IMG/VR virus record: IMGVR_UViG_3300013094_000027
Location: 28,019-92,018 of that record
Direction: 5' to 3' (one strand)
Source of the DNA: a virus
Length of the DNA stretch: 64,000 nt
The notes under the pieces were generated by a model. The model was not told the origin of the DNA. It worked only from the letters and a program-made list of their open reading frames with translations, and did no database searches. Made by a program: the position numbers and the translations under genes. Shown one piece after another: positions 57,782 through 64,000 of the stretch (position 1 is the first letter of the stretch; the number at the start of each line of letters is the position of its first letter).

Positions 57782-57796
57782 TTTTGCAAAAAACAA

Positions 57797-58160
57797 GGGC
57801 CCATAAGGTTTTGACGGCAAAATGTAAGTATGATTGGCGTGTAAGGACAAGGATATCGTCCTTTAAATAAAGGTATTCAACAATAAATGTAGCTAAAACA
57901 GCAACACAAAGACAAGAAGAAGGTGCACGTATTATCAATATGTGCTTTGCTAATGCACCAATTGCTATAGCAGCCTAATTTCAAAAGACATATTCAAGTC
58001 TTTAAAAGTGAATAGTGGATAATACAGAACAGCTATACACAATGGCCGATAAGCAGTTCAAAACGCATACCTGAAGACAGCAGGAATAAAATTAGTCATG
58101 GTAGTAACTCCCAAGTTAGACATAATTGAGACCTGAGTTCGACTCTCAGCAGGTCCACTA
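57797..58160 (+). ncRNA. ssrA: tmRNA
   Basis: 5' GGGCCCATAAGGTTTTGACGG; 3' T arm CTGAG-TTCGACT-CTCAG then CAGGTCC-A-CTA; G3.U70 pair; pk1 aggac/gtcct; AATAAAT resume signal; tag ORF 57889-57978 ending IAIAA-stop; 364 nt. Confidence 0.92.
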
Positions 58161-58192
58161 CTACAGCCAATTGGTTGGAGTATTCACCAAAT

Positions 58193-58229
58193 ATACCCTA
58201 CATTGAGTAAGAACAGTGTAGGGTATTTT
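58193..58229 (+). terminator. Hairpin/terminator after tmRNA
   Basis: ataccctacattg-agtaagaa-cagtgtagggtat followed by T run. Confidence 0.7.
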
Positions 58230-58299
58230 CATTTCACACACATCTGCTATATCTTTGTTTCTCTTTATTTCTTTAACAATTAAAAACAAATCAAAAATT

Positions 58300-58890
58300 A
58301 TGGTAACACAATATAACAAAGAATACTTCCTTACTCATAGAGGTTGTTATTCAGCAGAAAAAATGGCAGGATTATGTGATAATAATCCACATTCCAATAT
58401 TCAGGAATTTCTGAATTGGGACATATCAATAAAAGATAAGTTCTATTTTGTAAGAAATTATACAGAACTAACAATAAAACAAAAACAGTTATTTGCACTA
58501 ATGTGTGCTAAAGTATCATTGGAGATATATGAAAATAAATATCCTAATGATAAAAGAGTACGTGAATGTATAGAAGCAACTGAGCAGTTTTTGGATGGAA
58601 AAATAACAAAAGAAGATTTATTAATAAAAAGAAATGCTGCTGCTGATGCTGCTGCTGCTGCTTATGCTGCTGCTTATGCTGCTGCTGCTGATGCTGCTGC
58701 TGCTTATGCTGCTGCTGATGCTGCTGTTTATGCTGCTGCTTATGCTGCTGATGCTGATGCTGCTGTTTATGCTGCTGCTTATGCTGCTGATGCTGCTGCT
58801 TATGCTGCTGATGCTGCTACTTATGCTCCTAAATATATAAATAACCTTCTCAATGCATTAAAAGAATTTTGTAAAGTTCATAAAAATTAA
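58300..58890 (+). CDS. Imm5-like protein with Ala-rich repeat (likely start MVTQYN)
   Basis: FALMCA...YPNDKRVRECIEA followed by (A/Y/D) repeat. Confidence 0.7.
   Translation: MVTQYNKEYFLTHRGCYSAEKMAGLCDNNPHSNIQEFLNWDISIKDKFYFVRNYTELTIKQKQLFALMCAKVSLEIYENKYPNDKRVRECIEATEQFLDGKITKEDLLIKRNAAADAAAAAYAAAYAAAADAAAAYAAADAAVYAAAYAADADAAVYAAAYAADAAAYAADAATYAPKYINNLLNALKEFCKVHKN
58636..58827 (+). repeat. GCT-based coding microsatellite (AAY/AAD repeat)
   Basis: Runs of gct interrupted by tat, gat and gtt. Confidence 0.9.
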
Positions 58891-58917
58891 ATTCATTAAT
58901 TAAAACAAATCAAAACT

Positions 58918-59184
58918 ATGGCATACTCAGTAAAAATGCAATCAGGTACTATATTTACCTGACATATAGGACAAACATTACCACTAAGGGTAATAGAATC
59001 TATAGATAGTGTTACTTTTCTACAGGCTGATGGGCATGAATTAGAGCATATAGTGGACCAGTATCAATGTGGTGGGCAAAGAGCTAATACAGCTACATAC
59101 TGTTATTCTATACCAATACCAATGGATAAACGTGTAGTAACTCGGTATGGTGATATAGCTAAAACAATTATTGCAAATCTTTAA
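58918..59184 (+). pseudogene. Small phage gene interrupted by in-frame TGA
   Basis: MAYSVKMQSGTIFT*HIGQ...QADGHEL...YGDIAKTIIANL; TGA at 58960-58962. Confidence 0.7.
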
Positions 59185-59320
59185 TCAATTCACACAAACT
59201 AAATCTCAACAATAATGAACGAATCAACTACAGAACAAATAGAAGAGTTACCTAATCGGGACTTCATGGAAGAATTATAGGCACACAAATATTATTCATT
59301 AATTAAAATCTCAACACAAG

Positions 59321-59595
59321 ATGCAAGCAACCTTCACTGTAGAAGAAATAAGAACATATCTGCAATCACAAGGTAGTTTTGGTGATGCAGTATACAATCT
59401 CTCAGCGCCTGCAATTATACAAGCCAATATGCCAATTTATAAGGACTTTATAAGGAAAATGAGGCGTATAAAGAAGGTGTAGAAGAATTCAGACCGGGCA
59501 CAAAATGCCGAAATCCATATTATGAGTATTGTCATGAATTTAAAGAATACAAAGCAGGTTGGTTATGGGCTCAGGAAAAAGCTGGTGATCTGTAA
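59321..59595 (+). pseudogene. Frameshifted gene with RMF-like C-terminal module
   Basis: tttataagga-c-tttataagga duplication (59436-59456); removing 11 nt restores AYKEG...NPY...YKAGW to TAA 59595. Confidence 0.7.
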
Positions 59596-59627
59596 TATTA
59601 AATTCACAAAATAATAAATTGTAAAAT

Positions 59628-59843
59628 ATGAAACACACAAAATTAACAAGATTTATTATCATACTAATTGTTATTGCAGGAATAGTACTTGATATACTAG
59701 GGTATGTTGTATGTAAAAGTATTGTGCTCAACATCTCAGATGTTTTGAGAGGAGTAGTAACATTGGGCTGCAGCATAATAACAGTAATAGTGGTATATAT
59801 TGTACTAAGGTATTTTGATCTCATCAGGTTAAATCAAATGTAA
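59628..59843 (+). CDS. Two-TM membrane protein
   Basis: 71 aa hydrophobic. Confidence 0.65.
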   Translation: MKHTKLTRFIIILIVIAGIVLDILGYVVCKSIVLNISDVLRGVVTLGCSIITVIVVYIVLRYFDLIRLNQM

Positions 59844-59877
59844 ATAATTATTCATCAAATCAAAAAACATCTCAACA

Positions 59878-60720
59878 ATGAAAAAGACAGTAACAATAGT
59901 AACTATACCTTTGGGTAAAGAAAGCATACCTAAAAACAGTATTGTAAAATGCGTTTCGGAATTTAGTAATGTAATAAAAGTAGGAGATATATTCATTGTG
60001 GATTGTTCTATTGATAAACAAGACGATGAATATAAATCTTTAGAAGCACAACAATTACTTGTACTTAGTGATGATGAGATACTGGAAGGAGATTTTTGTA
60101 CTCTATTAGATGGTTTTGGTAATGTAATTCTTGGTAATCCTCAAAAGTATAATCCCGATGAAGGACATGTACTTAATAAAGGATTGAAAAAAACTATTGC
60201 AGCATATCCTACCATAGATGGAGTATTACCAATATCAAGAGAAACAATACAGGAATGGATAGATAGTGGTACACCCAAAGAAGGTGTTGTTGAATTTGAA
60301 TTAGTAAGACCCTGTGATTTAAGGGACGATCAGCCTGAAAAAGAAGATAAATTATTTACATCTTTTAAAATTAACCCTAAAGGTAATGTACTATTAGAGT
60401 TTAGTGAACCTATTAAACCAGAAAAAAAAGCAGATATTCTAATACAATCTTCTAAAGGAGAAAGTATCGAAGAAGTCGCTGAAGAGTATGGTCATTCTAA
60501 AAGTTATTATCCAGATGTAATAAAAGAATATTATGATGCTTTCAAAGCAGGTGCAAAATGGAAAGAAAAACAATTAGCAGACGAAGCTATTGAATTTGCT
60601 AATTGGTTAATAAATAAAAAATATATTATTCATAAAGATCATTGGATGAGAATTGAGGATGGTGAAATAAAATATTATTCAAGTGAACAATTATACGAAA
60701 TATGGAACTCAAGAAAATAG
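59878..60720 (+). CDS. Hypothetical protein, paralog of 62795-63493
   Basis: SDDEI motif and FKAGAKWKE module. Confidence 0.75.
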   Translation: MKKTVTIVTIPLGKESIPKNSIVKCVSEFSNVIKVGDIFIVDCSIDKQDDEYKSLEAQQLLVLSDDEILEGDFCTLLDGFGNVILGNPQKYNPDEGHVLNKGLKKTIAAYPTIDGVLPISRETIQEWIDSGTPKEGVVEFELVRPCDLRDDQPEKEDKLFTSFKINPKGNVLLEFSEPIKPEKKADILIQSSKGESIEEVAEEYGHSKSYYPDVIKEYYDAFKAGAKWKEKQLADEAIEFANWLINKKYIIHKDHWMRIEDGEIKYYSSEQLYEIWNSRK

Positions 60721-61010
60721 AGGATGCATCTGCAAAATGGATTACTGAGTATCATTCCAGTGAAAATGATAAGGATTTAACTAATTTATGCGTAGCTCAG
60801 TTTACTCCTTATTTTAAAGCAGGTGTTGAATGGATCAATTCAATAAACTCAGAGGAGAAATCAACAGTTAAATGGATTCTTAAATTAGAAATAAGGTATG
60901 ATATCTCAAGTAACTATGTATGTAGTTTATATAAAACAAGTTATTATACTTCCTCAGTTTATTCTATAAGATTTGATGAATCTGATGATATGTTCTCAGT
61001 TATTAGATGA
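60702..61010 (+). CDS. Hypothetical protein with FKAG module
   Basis: KWITEYH...QFTPYFKAG shared with 62795-63493. Confidence 0.6.
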   Translation: MELKKIEDASAKWITEYHSSENDKDLTNLCVAQFTPYFKAGVEWINSINSEEKSTVKWILKLEIRYDISSNYVCSLYKTSYYTSSVYSIRFDESDDMFSVIR

Positions 61011-61060
61011 ATTAAATCCGTATTAGATATTTATAAATCAATTAAAACAACTTTAAATTT

Positions 61061-61309
61061 ATGACTGACTTTTATATATTAACTACTCTTGCAATGACAA
61101 TGAATTCTGAAGAATTAGTTGATGACTTATCTAATGAAAAGCATTTATCATGGTACAAATCCCTTAGATTGAATCAGAAGATAAATATGAGGTCCTTAGC
61201 TAAAGAAATAACTGGATTCGATTTTAATAGTCTTATAAGAATCTTCGGATTCAGACAATCCATCGGACTTATACATCAAAAATTAATTATTGAAGGATTT
61301 AACGTTTAA
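61061..61309 (+). CDS. Hypothetical protein
   Basis: 82 aa, operonic packing. Confidence 0.6.
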   Translation: MTDFYILTTLAMTMNSEELVDDLSNEKHLSWYKSLRLNQKINMRSLAKEITGFDFNSLIRIFGFRQSIGLIHQKLIIEGFNV

Positions 61310-61321
61310 AATCTATATATT

Positions 61322-62200
61322 ATGTTTGACATATTCAAGACTAAGATAACTAAAGAAAGAACTGAGCAGGTTATTCCAGTCAATAAAGAAACTAAGATAA
61401 CTAAGAAGGTTATTATGAATAAGGTACCTGAAAAAGTAATATCTATTGCAGAAATGCATGAAGATTTTTATTCTAAAATAAATGAAGATATTGCATTAAT
61501 TGAATCTTACATACCTAGTAAAATAGAAGTTACGAATAAAGAAAAAGAGAAATATAATGTCTTAAGAAATCTTGGATTTAGAAATGAAGATGTAGTAATT
61601 CATGAACAAAAACTTCAATTATATTATACTAATAAATATGAGGAGTTAAAAAGATCGTCAATTAAAACTTTGATGTTATCTATGAAACAGAAATATCCTC
61701 ATTATAAGTTTATTACTATAGAATCCTTATTTTCATTATGTAATAAATATAAGTTAGTGATAGGAAGACCTGATAATTTCCTAGGTACTATCCCTGATAA
61801 GTCTGTTAAAGATTTATCTAATTTTAAAGTAGATAATGAGGATAAAGCTGTTGAAGATAATAAGGGGCTGCTATGTAGAGAATTTAATAATATATACCCT
61901 TCTTTAGCTTCTAACTTAAGAATAGCTGCTCATGATTCTTTATTTAGGGAAGATTCTCGTAATATATTAATGCATCCTATAAATGTTGAGGATGTGTTAC
62001 GAGTTTCAAATATAGAAAAAGATCCTATAGTATTTCAACCCGTAGAAATGAAATTTAAAACTGATTTTATGATAGATTCAAAAGGTTCATATATTGATCG
62101 TAACCCTCCTTATTCATTTACTCAGGTAGGATTTTTGATAATAACTGCGTGGGGTGATGAAGCTCATGACTCAAATGCTATAAATGAAAAAATGAATTAA
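61322..62200 (+). CDS. Conserved hypothetical phage protein
   Basis: 292 aa; KDPIVF and LIITAWGDEA motifs. Confidence 0.75.
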   Translation: MFDIFKTKITKERTEQVIPVNKETKITKKVIMNKVPEKVISIAEMHEDFYSKINEDIALIESYIPSKIEVTNKEKEKYNVLRNLGFRNEDVVIHEQKLQLYYTNKYEELKRSSIKTLMLSMKQKYPHYKFITIESLFSLCNKYKLVIGRPDNFLGTIPDKSVKDLSNFKVDNEDKAVEDNKGLLCREFNNIYPSLASNLRIAAHDSLFREDSRNILMHPINVEDVLRVSNIEKDPIVFQPVEMKFKTDFMIDSKGSYIDRNPPYSFTQVGFLIITAWGDEAHDSNAINEKMN

Positions 62201-62203
62201 CCT

Positions 62204-62593
62204 ATGTTAAAAGTAAATAAATCATCTAGAATGATTCCAGCATTTATAACTAATAAATCCAAGACAGTTGCATCTAATATCGATTTTATGACGTCTGTAT
62301 TTTCAAATACTTATAAAGTTTATAGTAATAGTTTATTAGATGCAGCACTTCAAATAAATAAGAAATCACAACAAAAATAACAAGAAGAACAAGAAGGACA
62401 AGATATGTCCAATATTGAAGGATTGAAAAAATCATTTATTGGATTTCTCTCTGCTAAAAATTCTAAATTAAATAAATCATTATATATTGAATATAATAAC
62501 TTACTTAATAATACTAACTTCGTACCATTTATACCAGCTAAAAGTAGAAAATTACGTACTCGATTTATTTATAGATTTAATAAAAACTTATGA
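62204..62593 (+). pseudogene. Gene split by in-frame TAA
   Basis: ATG 62204 is in frame with ORF 62405-62593; a single TAA at 62378-62380 lies inside a Q/E run. Confidence 0.6.
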
Positions 62594-62793
62594 CTAACGA
62601 TGAAATAATTAAAGAAAGAACAAAAAATAACCTTTCTATTCCTACTGATGAAGAAATAGAAGAGAAAGCAGAACAAGATTGGAATAATAATAATTATCCT
62701 GAAATCCAGTATAAGGGTCAGGATAAAATAAGGCATCATAGAATATTTTCTAAAGGATACAATCAGGCATTAAAAGATCTAAATTTAAAATGA
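62590..62793 (+). CDS. Hypothetical protein
   Basis: 67 aa; EEIEEKAE...FSKGY resembles the FKAG module. Confidence 0.6.
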   Translation: MTNDEIIKERTKNNLSIPTDEEIEEKAEQDWNNNNYPEIQYKGQDKIRHHRIFSKGYNQALKDLNLK

Positions 62794-62794
62794 T

Positions 62795-63493
62795 ATGGAA
62801 TCAAAAAAAGTTAAAGTAATTTTATTACCTACTGGTAAAGATGGTTGGAATAAAGGTGATATATTAAAATGTACAGGAGAATCACCTGCTAAACATCGTA
62901 AAGAACATATAAGTTTATCAATTGAAGGATGTGAAGTTTATTCTAATCTTACTATTATGTATAAAGCTCATTATATGTATCTTATCAGTGATGATGAGAT
63001 AACAAAAAATAATTGGTGTTATGATCCTGAATCAGATAATGGACTTGTGAAATGTATGATGAATGGTATAGATTCCTATTATAATAAATATGGGAAACTC
63101 ATTATTGCTACAAACAATCCTGACCTTGTAGCAGATGGTGTACCACGCATTAATGCATTAGATCTTAAATGGTGGGTAGATAATAGCTGTCTTGAAGAAG
63201 TGTCTCTTATGATGGAAGAATATGATCATTATAGCGGTCCTTTTGGAACAGATTGTAGTTTAAGGTTACGTCTTAATCTCTTAAATGAGGTGAAGTTTGT
63301 TAAGCCTAAAGTGCCTTTAAAAATTGATTCTGATGTAAGTATTAATCATCAAAAAGAAACTGTTGAGGAAGCTGCTAAAAAATGGATTACTGATTATCAT
63401 GGGTATGATGATGAAGATAAATTACTTGGCTTATGTATAAGTCAATTTACTCCATATTTCAAAGCAGGTGCAAAATGGAAAGAAAACAATTAG
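62795..63493 (+). CDS. Hypothetical protein, paralog of 59878-60720, C-terminus frameshifted
   Basis: YLISDDEI and FKAGAKWKE; A run one base shorter than in the paralog. Confidence 0.7.
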   Translation: MESKKVKVILLPTGKDGWNKGDILKCTGESPAKHRKEHISLSIEGCEVYSNLTIMYKAHYMYLISDDEITKNNWCYDPESDNGLVKCMMNGIDSYYNKYGKLIIATNNPDLVADGVPRINALDLKWWVDNSCLEEVSLMMEEYDHYSGPFGTDCSLRLRLNLLNEVKFVKPKVPLKIDSDVSINHQKETVEEAAKKWITDYHGYDDEDKLLGLCISQFTPYFKAGAKWKENN

Positions 63494-63684
63494 CAGACGA
63501 AGCTATATTGTTTGCTGAATGGGTAAATTGTAATAATTAGCTGTGGATTAGCAGGATATGAGCCTAAAGATATTGCGCCAATAACCTTTATGCCAGACTT
63601 CACATACGCATGAACTACATAACCGTTCGTTTCAAAACAATGAACTAATAAAAAATTTTTCAAAATCAAAATAAACTGCAAAAA

Positions 63685-64000
63685 ATGAACACAGAAAAAA
63701 TTAATATCGAAGAAGTAATCGGCTACAAAGGATTCGATGTTAACCTAAAGTGCAGAGACATGCAATATGTCATAGGGGAAACACACGAAATGCCCAAAGA
63801 TAAGATACTTAGTGTATGCCCAGAAAATGAAAATGAAGGTGGTCTTCATTTTTGTGAAAACCCACTTGATGTATTTTGGTACTATGAACCGGCAATAAGC
63901 AGGTTTGCGGAAGTTAAAAGCGTAGGAGATGTAAAAAGAAAATCAGACGATTCAGATACAAAGATAGCAACAACAAAGTTGCATGTATCGGTTGAATTGA
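63685..64000 (+). CDS. DUF7666-like protein, 3' partial (not in ORF track)
   Basis: GYKGFDVNLKCRDMQYVIG...GLHFCENPLDVFWYY; similar to the middle domain of 55097-56404. Confidence 0.8.
   Translation, partial: MNTEKINIEEVIGYKGFDVNLKCRDMQYVIGETHEMPKDKILSVCPENENEGGLHFCENPLDVFWYYEPAISRFAEVKSVGDVKRKSDDSDTKIATTKLHVSVEL

Noticed and set aside
57750-57938. Minus-strand 62-aa ORF
   Set aside because: Antisense to the tmRNA
58634-58840. Leu/Met-rich ORF, and the VT-repeat ORFs at 55820-56129
   Set aside because: Alternate-frame or antisense shadows of coding repeats
47-64000. Stop-codon reassignment (TAG or TGA), known in some crAss-like phages
   Set aside because: Late genes are long and uninterrupted in the standard code, TAG and TGA end genes at sensible places (47, 23183, 50954), and no suppressor tRNA is seen; the single in-frame TGA at 58960 is better explained as a lesion

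Overview
AT-rich fragment of a crAss-like (Crassvirales-type) phage of a Bacteroidota host, split into two divergent arms at about 48.85 kb. The minus-strand late arm (47-48821) runs, in transcription order: HExxH protein, IHF-like protein, PD-(D/E)XK nuclease, a block of about 8 glycosyltransferases plus a methyltransferase and PhoH, large terminase, a free-standing GIY-YIG endonuclease, portal, scaffold-like protein, major capsid protein, head/tail proteins, Ser/Thr-rich fibres, holin-like genes, a metallophosphoesterase, ring/muzzle tail proteins, two proteins punctuated by xxxGG motifs, and a lysozyme. The plus-strand arm (48.9-64 kb) holds small accessory ORFs separated by unusually structured intergenic RNA. 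The ORF track misses several elements there: two type I hammerhead ribozymes that would each cut 17-19 nt upstream of a start codon, a tmRNA with a 29-codon tag ending in AA, a degenerate tRNA-Thr(UGU), RMF-like mini-proteins, candidate novel ncRNAs, a G-quadruplex motif and four disrupted genes. All calls come from reading motifs, pairings and gene order by eye; no database search or folding program was run.
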